DNA from: Rhizodiscina lignyota | Lineage: Eukaryota | Direction of reading: 5' to 3' | Assembly: GCA_010015805.1 (NCBI GenBank) | Contig: ML978124.1 | Coordinates: forward strand, 2,232,001-2,296,000 | DNA: 64,000 nt | Shown: positions 35,379-47,755 of the stretch, one piece after another | Layout: each line of letters opens with the position of its first letter | Numbering within the stretch: position 1 is the first letter of the stretch | The notes under the pieces: model-generated | Told to the model about the DNA's origin: nothing | What the model saw: only the letters and a program-made list of their open reading frames with translations | The model's database searches: none | Position numbers and translations under genes: made by a program

Positions 35379-38300
35379 TCAAGCATGACGATTGAAAGAG
35401 GAACCGTTCGAGTCATACCCACCAGCCATGTTGGCATCGAACCTGCCCTTGGGCATCTGTCCACCGGGGCCGACGTTCTCGCGGCGATCGTTCTGCGTAC
35501 GCTGGTGATGGCGCGCGTTCCAGTTCTCTCCTCCATTGCGAGGGCGGTTTTCAGGAGTCATGGGCGTCGACGTCACCTGCTCCTGGTTCATCGGGACGGC
35601 GGCGTAGTAGGAATGAGCGGGGACAGCGCCGTTGAAGTTGTAGGGAACATTGTAGGCATTGCGGTTGCCATCGTACTGAAGGGTGTGTGCCTGATGAAGG
35701 GGGACCGGCTGCACGTGTCCACCATAGGAAGTCGGGCCGTGAGTGTAGATTGGCCTGGCAGACTCGACCTTGGAATGGGCGGCAATCTCATCTTGACGCT
35801 TCTCGAGCTCCAGGATGCGGGAGGAGAGACCGTCCATCTTGTTCGACATGTCCATGTTAGCAGCCATCATCTTGTCGAAGCGGCCAGCAAGATCAGTTTG
35901 GAAGGCCTGGAAGTTCTCGATGAGTTTGGCCGTCTTGACAGTGAGGTCATCGTTGATGGCGCTCATGCGGGCGACTTGCTGCTCCATCTTCTGCTCCACG
36001 GCATCGATGCGCGTGTGCATGTCACCGAATTCCTTGCGCATGATGTCGTGCTCGGATTGCATGGTGTTGACCATCTGCTCGTGCATCTTGTTCTGCGAGT
36101 GGTGGAGTCCCTCGGCGACGCCCATGATGTGACGATTGACAACGTCAAAGTGAGTAAGGATGTTGCTGCCATCGTGAAGGAACATGCCAATGGGAGGATG
36201 AGATGACATGAAGCCTGGCGGACCCTCGAAACCTGGAGGGGGGAACGGAACGCCTGCACCGAAGGGATGACCAGCAGTGAAGGACGGCTCGCTGGTGGGG
36301 GGAGACATGGACGCATTCGAACCATCGTTGTGAGTGAAGAGCGGAGTTGGCATGGCACTTGGATAGTGCGCGACGTCAGGCGGATAGAAGCCAGTGGTCT
36401 CGCCAGAGCTACCCGAGTTGCGGTTGCCAAGCATTGCGGCCGTGTTAAGCATAGGCTGCAAGTTCGGAGCACCGTTCGAACCAGCCTGCATTGGAGCCTC
36501 GTTGCCAACTGGAGCAGAGTTGGAGTGGTGCTCGCCAGAGGGCATGATGCTGTCGGCAGCAGAAGTGGTGGAGTTGGAGTCACTCTCCGCGTGAAGCTGG
36601 TTGCGGAACTGCATGATTGCAGGCTTGTCAGAAGATTCGCGTGAAGCGCTTGAAGTATGATCAGTTGTCTTGTCGAAAGTCTTCTCTTCTGGAGTTATGG
36701 GCTCTTGAGAAACTTTCTTGACGATCGTGATTGTCTCCGTGCTTGGTTGATAGGTTCGAGGAAGAAGGATTGTGGAAGGAGGATAGTGGAGGTAGAAAGG
36801 CTGGGTCCTCTGTTTCAGAAGCTCGGTTAGCGCAAGAAATCGAGAGATGATTGGTGCGAAGTGAGGTGGCTGGGAGCGCATTCACAGTCGGGTGCTTGGT
36901 TTTTGGTGTTGTAGGCTCACTGAGCGGTGGGCGACCACAACACGCAACCCAAACGCGAAAACCTCGCGAAAACAGAAAACTCACCTTCTCTGGTCCCTTG
37001 TTTACGTTTTCTGACGGAAACGTGACGGAATACAAGCTCGGCGAGTGGAAGGCAGGCGCAACTCGGCCGCCTTTAAGCTCGCGCGCGCGCGCCTGCTTCC
37101 ACGCCTGAACTTGACCTTCGCTCCAGCGATCTCCCACTTTTGGTGCCTGCGCGTCATCGTCGCCTCCATTACCATTCTTCTCGTAATCTCCATAGCCAAG
37201 CATATCCGCGCTCTGTGAGCCTTGAAGCTGAATGTCGCCGTGCAGTGAATGCACGCTCGGAGCCTTCTGGATGAGGTCGTGATAGTCGTTGCGCAATTGA
37301 GGAACGCGCTGCACTGCGACCGACTTCTCATGAATCGCCTCAAGCTTGGGCTCTTCTGCAGGCACAGCCTTCAGCTTCGGCGGCGTATTCTTGGCGGGCG
37401 GTGAAGGAGGGATAGTTTCTACTTCAGCGGTAAAGCGAACGCTCTTCGATCTCTTGAAAAGCTTCTCCTCACCTTTACGCTCACGTTCACGCGCACTCTT
37501 GTCCCACTCGTTAGTGATGCCATCGCTCACAGTCCTGTTCGCCGACACCATTGGACGGCCCACACCCACACCCATACGGCCCAGTGTGGGCGAATCACCC
37601 GTTTCATCAGGCTCATAGACGCCCATGAGCTTCTGAAGCTTCGAAGGAAGATGCGAGAATGAGCCTTCCTGCTCCAACTTCGCCGTCTTCTGCTTCTCTT
37701 TCGAGTGGTGCTCGATCGCAGGCAGAGGCGGCAATGGCATCTTCGGTGGCGACATCAACACGGATGCAGGCTTCTCTGCCGCGCCAGCAAAGCTAGACGA
37801 AGACGCAGTCAAGAAGCTCGGGACAGAGATGTTCATCCCGAGAATCTTCTTCTTCGGACTCTTCGGAAAGTCGGATCGCTTGCCATCCTTGGAGGTGTCC
37901 ACAATCTTCTTGGCCGCATCATAGGTGAGTGTTTCCGGGAGCTCCTGGAAGCTGACCGCAGGTGGTGATGAGGGGACTTCGGTGGCGAGCATCCTCATGA
38001 TACTGTTCTCCTTGCGTGCCTCGATAGTTGCACGGGCAGTCGGAACTGCGCTGGCGCTACCCTCTGGGACGAGATTCAGGCCAAGCCCAGAAGGGCGGCT
38101 CTTCTTTGGCGTCATCGACACCGTGGATGCGTTCATGTCGCGTTCTGGCAAAGCAGTGATCGGCTCTTCAGAAGACGCACGTTGAGGAAGAGGATCAGTG
38201 TTGCGGGATGCTTGCTGTTATATCGAAATGGTCAACAGAGGCTATTGTTCTCAATAAACAATAGTGTACACACCTTTGCTTCGGCTTTCTCAAGCGCCTT

Positions 38301-38504
38301 CATCTCCTTCTCCTTGCGCTCTTGCTGCACCATAGCTTGATAGAAAGCGTTCGTGCGGGCGTGGTACTCCTTGTTGATCTTAGGAAAGCATCCAACTGAT
38401 TCAAGCTCCTCGTCGAATGGGTTAGACTTGGTGCTGTTGCTTCGAGTGCGAAAGGCACTCTTCTTTGGTGTTGTCGACTCCCGAGACGGTGGTGGCTTGG
38501 GCAT
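35379..38504 (-). CDS. Large hypothetical disordered protein with a C-terminal coiled coil, multi-exon
   Basis: Three long same-strand ORFs (38232-38528, 36661-38151, 35379-36881) joined by plausible GT-AG introns. Heptad region MHTRIDAVEQKMEQQV...LSSRILELEKRQ. Confidence 0.65.
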
Positions 38505-39337
38505 CCTGAATGAGCGTAAAGCAGTCAAGCAATCAATTTAGGGAGAGTTATCCAACGAACGACAAGACAGCCAGAGTCCAAGACGAGTATTGCTGCTCCC
38601 GAAGAGTTTGTGGTGTTCTTCGTGAGTGCAATGCTGAAGAGATTTGCTATGACACCACGCGAGGGGGTAGCTGTTAACAACACGCGTAAACAAACAGCGC
38701 GACGCGGCTAGCGGTGGCAATGTGCGGACGGTGATAGGGGAAAAAGCTTCAGCAATGACGATGCCGATTCCCCTCCGAGCACCAAAATATGGCGCCCAAT
38801 ACTCGACTTCGGCCTGATCCAAGGCTCGGAACACCGTACACCAAACAAATTACAGACCATACGAAGGATCCAGTCCACCTCAGAACTGTTATTGAAGTCC
38901 AAATGCTCTTGAAACCCCCAAAGTGAGCCCCTGGTGGCCCACGGTTGCAGATACGAAGCATAAATATGAAAAGGCAGCGGTCAATTTTTATTGAAATGTA
39001 CCTGAATACTAGTTTCTAGGTACGCCGCTGCTTGCGAGCTTGAAGTCTAATTGCAACTGTTATCAAAGGACACCGATGATGCTTGCTCAATCCTCAGAAT
39101 CCCTCAAAACCAACCACCAACACACGAAAGTGAGCAAATGAAAAGCAGCAAACCCACGAGCACCAGGACGCTGAGTTTATTTTCTCGCCTGAACCCCATG
39201 CAACACCCAGCACCTTTGGAACCCGCCAGTTGTACGGATCGCCTAAACAGAATTGAGGGCTGAAATCTCGGTGATTCAGCCATGAGTGAGTCCTCATGCG
39301 GACGATGATCTCAAGGGAGGTGAGGAGGCGGTTCGGA

Positions 39338-40207
<870 letters not shown>

Positions 40208-41199
40208 GATTGGAGCTCGAACCGAGAAGATATTATCCGGTGGTCTAGCGGAACCGTAAAAGTGGTGGTCGTAGAAAGTTACACCAAAAATATACAGAGA
40301 TCCTTATAGAGGGAGCGGGGCGTTTGCGCTGCGGGAAGGGCGACCTGTGAAGCCGTGTAGTGAAGTTGTGAAGTGGGAGAGTTTGGAGGGTAGGTTTATC
40401 CAAGCAGCCGGATTTGAGATGTCAAAAAGAGGCGCAGCCTGTAAAAGCTACCGCATTAGCATACAATCCAGCTGGACGAGGCTAAATGCCGCACGGAAGA
40501 GTCCTTACCGCGGTGTGTGCTTAGAAAACGCGTTGTACACGGGTGGGTATGATTTAGACGATCAGTGAAACTGTGTTTGTGTCGGACCCCCAGCGCTCCC
40601 TGGCCGTATATCTTGCGGGCGATGACGCCAGGCGAGCGTGCAGACTGGCTGCACAGGGGACCTGATGGGGATAAAGAAGGTAGAGAAGTGAAGAGAAAGT
40701 GGCGTATCGAGGTGGAGACTGCGGGATCGACGAGCTGACAGAGGTTGCAGTCAATTGAAGGGCTTAGAGCAGCTGTACGAACACAGGAAGTTGGGACTTG
40801 GGGCCGGGGTTGCGGCAGTCTTGGCAGCCTACGCTCCACGCGAAAGTGGCTCGAGTGAAGTGGGCCGAGTGGGTGGGTGCATCCACGCCGCGCCGAGTTC
40901 TGGACCTTGCACTTGAACAATCGACTCCCGGCGACCACGCGACATGCTCGCGCTTCCTGGCCACCGCTCACTTGCTATTGCTATTTTACAACTAGCTCTC
41001 TCCCTAACTACAGTTACAGAACGCCTTGCCTTGGTGCCTGACCTGATGCCATCCCGCTCTCAAGACACCCGCGAAGATACCGAGTCTCTGCCCGAGTAGT
41101 GTGATGCGAAAATGGCTCAAGGCAATGCCGAGCTGCGTCCTGCATATGCGGCTTAGCGCGGCATACGATAGCGGATATCTCGATTGCAGAGTTCGAGTA

Positions 41200-43329
41200 T
41201 TAATTGCGGACACGCTGAAGTAGAGCCGAGACCTTAGACTTCGACTCAGTATTAGTATCACGCAATTCTGTGCGAGGCAATGGTACCTCGCTTGATCCAG
41301 GTTCAGCACTGGGCTGATCACCGCCAATTACGACGCCCTTTACTTTTTGGTTCATCTACGACGCATTAGCTGTTAATCTTTCATATGTAGTCGAAGAGGA
41401 TTACCCACCTGATCGAGTCGATAATTCTTCATGAGAAGGCTGAGTGGTATCAAGGGAGCCGCCACACACACCGCTATGATTAGCAGGATGTGCATCGTCT
41501 CTTGATATGCTCGATTGATCGCAGCTCGCTCTGGAGAACCCATTGGCCATCCGGTTTGCGCGAGCGTTACATTTCCGTATATCGCTGTCGCCTGATCCTT
41601 GATATCTGGAGGAAGATATTTCGCTAGCTTCTTGGGGAGGTTGTTGGACCACACGGCGCCACTAATGCCATTACCAACAGCACCACCAACCTCCAAAATC
41701 GTGAGGAAGACGGCCGTTGCCGCTCCGACTGATTGATGGCTAGCCGATGCCTGGACACCTAATTGAGCAGGGACATTGAGAGTCCCTCCACCAATACCGA
41801 CGGCGATTTGACAGCCAACGAGAGTTCCAATCGACACACCCTCCTGGCGGTACCGTATCATCAGGCCGAGGCCCACTAGATATATGCAGGATCCGAAAGT
41901 GATGAAATACTTGTAATGGCCCGTGTATTTTATGAGCACGGATACCACGATGGACGCTACCGTCGATGTGAAGGAGAATGTCTGTGTGATATGGCCAGCT
42001 GCGGTAGTTCCGATGTTGTCCACGACGAGCAAGTAGCTAAAGAAATAGGGGTATACTGAAAGATAAAATGCCACTGATGCATCGTCAGTGGAGGCATTCT
42101 AAGACCGGCCAATGCAGAAGACTTACTGAAATAGAAGAATGCAATCGCCACTCCAACCACGACCGTCCGTTCTTTGAACAGCTCCCTAGGGAAGAATGGC
42201 CGCGGCGCCAACCTCCTGCTTCGTTCCCAAAAAGGAAATACGGCCATGCAGACACAACCGATGACAATCATTGCAATCATGCTGGGGTTGCTCCATCCTC
42301 CCTTAGCCGTGGCAGCCAGAGTCAATGGAAGCAAAATCAGCGAGATACCAGCCGACAAAAGTAAGAGGCCGAAGAAATCCAGATCAAACCAGAGCTGCCT
42401 GACAGCCTGGAAGAAGCTCTTGCCATTGAAGAAGGACGGAGGAAGAATTCCCATCTTCCCCGCCTTGCGCTGATTAAGGAACAAGGATAGAGCCAGCGGC
42501 ATGAAGGCTACAGGGAGCACTATTGCCCAAATTCCGTATCCCCATCTCCAGCTCGCCTCCAGGCGTATATCCGTCGCGATGATCGGACCGACCCACACCG
42601 TGAACAAGAATGGAAGATCTGGAATCGTGGAGAATAGCGCACGCCATAGGAGGTCGCTTGTATCGGCAATGAAGACCTGCTGCAGGATCTGAAGGCCTTG
42701 GGAGCCAGCAGAGTAGAATATTTGTGCAGAGGCGAAGGTCTTGACGTTGTTGGACCCAGCCTGCTGGATGTAACCGATGATGTATAGGCCTATCGCGATG
42801 CTGAATGATTCGAAGCGACCGAAAACGTCGGCAATTTTGGACATTGGTGGTTTGATGACGGCTTTATGGCGATTCAGTCAGTCATCAAGAAGCGCACAAC
42901 GCAGTTATGGATCCAACCTACCATTCACGACGCCCTGAACGACACTGACCGTTGACACAAGAGAGTGAGCAGCAAAAGCACTCGTTGCGAATGCCGTAAG
43001 ATTGCTCGTCGTCTGTTGCTCCAAGGAAGTCGATACAGCCATCAGATACAGTCTGTGTTACCTTAGCAGCGGGGTTCTCGCAGATACTGAAGCTACTCGA
43101 ACACCTACCCAAGATACGCAAATCCCAACGACCACTTCGTCCAAGCAGTACTGATGGCTTCGATTCTCTTCACTCCCGCTTGTGCTGATTCCCCGCTATC
43201 CAGCGAGGATTGGTCGTCCTCCCGAGCAACATAACTGCTGTTCTTTTCTACACCATTTCTTGGAAGTACAGCGGAGTCTTTGTTAGACGACGACGACTCC
43301 GCCGTAGCATAGTCTGGCGTATCAGCCAT
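41200..43329 (-). CDS. Siderophore-iron transporter (MFS, ARN/SIT/MirB family), multi-exon
   Basis: QAGVKRIEAISTAW, AFAAHSLVSTV, KPPMSKIADVFGR, LQQVFIADTSDLLWR, WRWGYGIWAIVLP, ERAAINRAYQ. The last exon ends at TAA 41200-41202. Confidence 0.88.
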
Positions 43330-43438
43330 GCCTACGTCTCATTTAAGAATTAAGAAGATAAAGTGAGACAGAAAAGAGTTGCACGAAAATCTCGCCTTTG
43401 ACCTCTCATGCACGTGCGGGGATGGATGAGAGTGAAGA

Positions 43439-43913
43439 ATCTGATAAATACGGAAAGGTAAGGAAAGGACTTATCTGATCTTAAACCTGAAAGACTCGTA
43501 TTTGGAAGTGGGGCCGGAGGCGCCGAGTGCGCACTGCAAGGGAACGTCACACAACCCAAGAGCACAGTTTTTTCGCCATCGTTTGCATAATCCCACGGCG
43601 AGGCAATTGGAGTGATGGCGTTGGGCAGTCGGTCTTAGTACCACTTGGCGAGCGCGGGTAGCGCGACGGTCCTTCCGCAGTAGACCGTTTTTGCCACTTT
43701 GCAGAATGGGTCTGGAAATTTTAAGCTAGCTATTTCAAGCTAATTTCAATCGTATAAACAGGGGTTTAGTCCATTAAGTTTTGCAACCGCTTAGAAGAAC
43801 CTGGTATAATAAGCTAAACAAGGCTTTAAATCCTACGCTATACCTCACAGATAACCCATTCTGCAAAGCAGGCAAAAATGGTCTAATCATTACGTATTTG
43901 AATCTTATCAGAT
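43439..43913. promoter_or_regulatory. Three SreA-type iron-repression GATA elements (ATCWGATAA)
   Basis: ATCTGATAA at 43439-43447, TTATCTGAT at 43471-43479 and TTATCAGAT at 43905-43913, all upstream of the siderophore transporter start. Confidence 0.8.
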
Positions 43914-44306
43914 CCCGATGTCGGTATCAGGGTTCAGGGCTAAGGATTTTGATGTTGCTCTTCTCTGAAAGGCTGCCGCTGCCTCCAACTAACCGCTAGT
44001 TCGTGTGACACCAGAGTCCATTCCATGAATCGAAAATGCTGCCGCAAACGGAGTTTTCGCGTCTTCTCGTACCTCTCCTCGCGCAGCTATTCGCACACCA
44101 AGTGCAGATGCCTAAGCAACATCTTAAGTGAACGCTAGAGGCTCGAGTCATGTTGTGGATGACTATCATTTCCATTCAGAGGAACCATCCCCGAGATTAT
44201 ACGAACGAATTATAAAGACGTCTCCATGAGCCTCAACTCCAAACGCCAACAGCATGCCGTGGGTTCGTCAATCGTGTGAGATCGAAAGACCCACTCTACT
44301 GTACAA

Positions 44307-46823
44307 TCATTTCTGAGCAGCGTCTTCTATTGGCCCCCCGGCCTCATCTCCTTTCGCAAACTCCTTCTCATCCTCTGCAATCTCATCCCACTCGCCATGC
44401 TCCCATACCATTTCAACATGCTTTACCGGGTGCAAAAGCACGCTTGGAAGACACATTCTCCCCTCGCCCGTCATCTCGAATTCTTCTCCACCATCATTGT
44501 TCACCTTGTAGCCCAACCACCTCGTCCATAGGTTCGCCGCAAACCCAGCGTTGTAGTACCAGGTTGTACCCTTAAAGTTGTGCTGCTGCTCTTCGCTAAA
44601 CACAGATTTCCTGCTTCCTCCGCTTGCGCCATTACGACCGTTGTTGAAGATCGCAGCGAGATATGATGTTGGCCAGCGCCGATCGATATATACCGGGTGA
44701 GGAGCATAGACGGCCTTCAGACCGTGGTGCAGACATGTCGTCGCAGGCCACATCTCACTGAACATGGTATGTCGCTTCAGCGCTACCTCGCGATGCATGA
44801 CCTCGAGCAGCCGACGAGAGTAGCGACCAGTGGTACCGATTGAAGAACGACGAGAAGGCGCACGACCTGAGGAGGTGTTGTAGCCAGTGTAGTCTTCCGC
44901 GAGGAGCCATTCTGTGCCTTCAGGATCGAAGAGCGGATTGAAGACTATCAGATCAGCTTCTTCGCCGACACCCCAACTGTACTTGTCATCTGCCAGATCA
45001 CTGGGTGGCTTAGGATCTTTCTTCGCTTCGAATTTATCCGTAGCATCAAGATCATCATCATCCGAACCCCAGATCGGCTTCTCTGGCTTCTGCTCCTCCT
45101 TCGGCCGCACATAGTCTGGTAGATTCGGATTCGAGCCAGCGAGCTTCGACCAGGCATTCGCAGCACTGTTTTTCCAAGAGTTGCTCGTGCCGTGCTCTGT
45201 CTGCACCCGAACCATGTGCTTGAAGTCATCCCAGGAGCCATGCTCAGATGGGACATAGAAGCGTGCATTGCGCTCCCATAATCCCTTCCGCGGCTGCTCT
45301 TTCGCCCACTTGCTGACGCGGTCTACAAGCTCGTAGTAATGGCCAATATATCGTACATCCATCTCCCAATGCCAGAAGAAATCATATTCCGGGTGCTGTT
45401 GTGCAAACCATTGCACAGGCATGAATGTGGAGCGGTAGACTCCATGAACAGGGAGTTCACGGTACATTGTATCCGCAATGCCGCCATAGACGAGGCCCAT
45501 CTGCCTCTCAGACCAAAGCGTGCCCATACCTGCAAATTCTGCTGGCAGAGACGCGTTCAAGACATTCTTGTAGGTCGCTTCGTCTGCCCAAATTTGAAGA
45601 TTGTCGTCTTTGACGTGGATCAGGAAGTGGATGGTATACTCGCCTCCAGAATTGATGGACAGCTCGGAGACCAGCGCGCGCAAGTAGAAAATGTCCTCCA
45701 CATCGTACTCGTAATCATGCCAGGTCCGGATGAGGACAGCTGTGCGAGGGAGCCTGCTTTTTGTCTTCTCTAAGGCAGCCGCTTCGGCTTTTCGAGCAGA
45801 GAGATGCGAAGGCGGAGTCCTGAGTTCATTCGAGTTTGCGGACGAGCTGAAATTGCCGACTTGCTTCGATGCCGTTCGAAACCGGTGCGCATTCTTCGCC
45901 AGACACCTTTCTTGCGCCCTCGCCCATTTCACGTTCCTGAAATCGACTGCTGGGGTCTGCGCCCAAACTTGCTCAACTCCGTCTCGATTGCCTTCCATAC
46001 CAGCACCACTTCCTCCTCTCTTCTGGCTATACCCCAAACCATAGGGGCCAAGCCGACCAAATCTGTCAAAGCATCTACTACTTTGGAGCCCCAAGACATC
46101 ATATGCGCCAATGATAGGATCCGGCATACCCTTGACAACTCCGGGATATGAGAGCAACGCCGGTATTCTGATACTCTCTTTCTCATCCAAGAAGCACTCC
46201 TTAGCCGCTTCATTCTTCTTGTACGGATTGAACGCCGTCGCTTTCATAAGTTCTGAGGACCGCCGATCCAGCGGCGTCGCCTCATTCTTCTCCTCTCCCT
46301 CGCTTCCCGCACTTGTCAAGTTTGCAATCTCCTCCAACTCCTTGTCCCTGTTCGGGTATTCAGGCTTATTCTTTCCTCTGCTAACAAGCGCTCTTATCCC
46401 ACCGTAGTACCGTTCAAGGAACGGGAACTCCTCCCATGGCGGCGCCTGCTCCGGCACATTTTGAAAACCCTGTTCAACTTGCTTCGCGGAGCTTGCGCTA
46501 AGCTGCCATAGTGTAAGTGCGAGCACTATAAGTGTGGATCCAAGGCATATGGAAAAGTAGCGGGAGTAGTTGTGCCGGAAGCGGGAGGTTGGACGCGACC
46601 ATGCTATTGCGCTGGGTTTCCGCCTGGTTCGGCCGTAATTGATGGATATTGAGGAGCGGCGAGAAGAGGTAGAGGAAATGTCTGGATCGTCATCATTGTC
46701 TGAGTCGAACGAAGCGCGCTTCTCGACGTCGGTGTCGCTTTCTGTGCTGTCGGAATGGTCGCTTGCTGGAAGGGAGGAGTAGCGCTTGGTGGTCTTGAAT
46801 GGATTGAGATGTAAGGAGAGCAT
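44307..46823 (-). CDS. DUF3405-family type II membrane protein (glycosyltransferase-like)
   Basis: One N-terminal TM helix followed by CFDRFGRLGPYG, RTAVLIRTW, LRALVSELS..SGGEY, YDFFWHWEMDVRYIGH, WGVGEEADLI, SEMWPATTCLHHGLKAVYAPHP and MCLPSVLLHPVK. Confidence 0.8.
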   Translation of the reverse strand: MLSLHLNPFKTTKRYSSLPASDHSDSTESDTDVEKRASFDSDNDDDPDISSTSSRRSSISINYGRTRRKPSAIAWSRPTSRFRHNYSRYFSICLGSTLIVLALTLWQLSASSAKQVEQGFQNVPEQAPPWEEFPFLERYYGGIRALVSRGKNKPEYPNRDKELEEIANLTSAGSEGEEKNEATPLDRRSSELMKATAFNPYKKNEAAKECFLDEKESIRIPALLSYPGVVKGMPDPIIGAYDVLGLQSSRCFDRFGRLGPYGLGYSQKRGGSGAGMEGNRDGVEQVWAQTPAVDFRNVKWARAQERCLAKNAHRFRTASKQVGNFSSSANSNELRTPPSHLSARKAEAAALEKTKSRLPRTAVLIRTWHDYEYDVEDIFYLRALVSELSINSGGEYTIHFLIHVKDDNLQIWADEATYKNVLNASLPAEFAGMGTLWSERQMGLVYGGIADTMYRELPVHGVYRSTFMPVQWFAQQHPEYDFFWHWEMDVRYIGHYYELVDRVSKWAKEQPRKGLWERNARFYVPSEHGSWDDFKHMVRVQTEHGTSNSWKNSAANAWSKLAGSNPNLPDYVRPKEEQKPEKPIWGSDDDDLDATDKFEAKKDPKPPSDLADDKYSWGVGEEADLIVFNPLFDPEGTEWLLAEDYTGYNTSSGRAPSRRSSIGTTGRYSRRLLEVMHREVALKRHTMFSEMWPATTCLHHGLKAVYAPHPVYIDRRWPTSYLAAIFNNGRNGASGGSRKSVFSEEQQHNFKGTTWYYNAGFAANLWTRWLGYKVNNDGGEEFEMTGEGRMCLPSVLLHPVKHVEMVWEHGEWDEIAEDEKEFAKGDEAGGPIEDAAQK

Positions 46824-47755
46824 TTTTGTAGCTTTCAATGATGATACCGGTGGTTACCGGAATGTGTGGCCCGATTTCGTCATGCGGAATTTATGTTCGT
46901 GAAAGTGATTGTTCGGCTGTCAACAAATCGTCAACGAAAGCGTTGAGGCCGGGTGCAAAAGTCGCGACGTGTAGCTTGATAAAAGCCGATAAAACGATAG
47001 GCTCTTACAGATTCAAATCTTGTGAGAACAACTTGAATTAAATTTTCCAATGTTAATGTGCTTTCTCCAGCGATGCTCGATGTCGCGTCGTCACTTATTT
47101 TCGTGGAACCGCTGCCGGAGCAACCACTGCGCTAGTCTGTAAGTGGTAAACATAGATTTTCCAGGAAAATTTTGGATTTTAGACATTACAATCCGGCCGA
47201 CTTGCGAAAGGCAGTAGTTATAGTATTAACATAGCACCGATTAAAAACAGCTGGTACTTGACACAAGTGGATGTCTGCCAGTCTTTGCGAGGGTTTGGAG
47301 ATGGCTTCTCTCCTGCTCCAATGCGACGATACACCAATGTCCAAGCAGAATGCCACTCCGCGAAATTATACGAAAAAAAGCTTCGTACTTACTATAGATA
47401 GAAAAGTTTCAATATTGGCGATGTAGAGAAAGGCCAGTCTGACTTGATACTGCTCTTGCAAAATTCCGGTTGTTCATTTTGCGGTCCTCATATCGAAGTA
47501 CGTCATCTAGTATTTGACGTCTGTTGGAATTAATATGTAGCAATACGCACAATTGACAGATTACAGTCAACCAGTGAGCTCATTATCGACGGTCGTCTGA
47601 ACATCAGACAGAATACAAAGGGTTAGCCATATCCATGCGATAGACCTTCCTGACACGAGCAACACGTTGAAGCAAATGGCCCCAAATATGTGATCTCAAA
47701 ATTTGACAAATTTGGATCTCATACAGCCATAGTAAAACCCGTCTATCAGCTACGT

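Noticed and set aside
35253..36206. 317-aa + strand ORF and similar antisense ORFs over MCT1, CCT8 and MAPEG
   Set aside because: Shadow ORFs expected from GC3-rich codon usage of the real opposite-strand genes.
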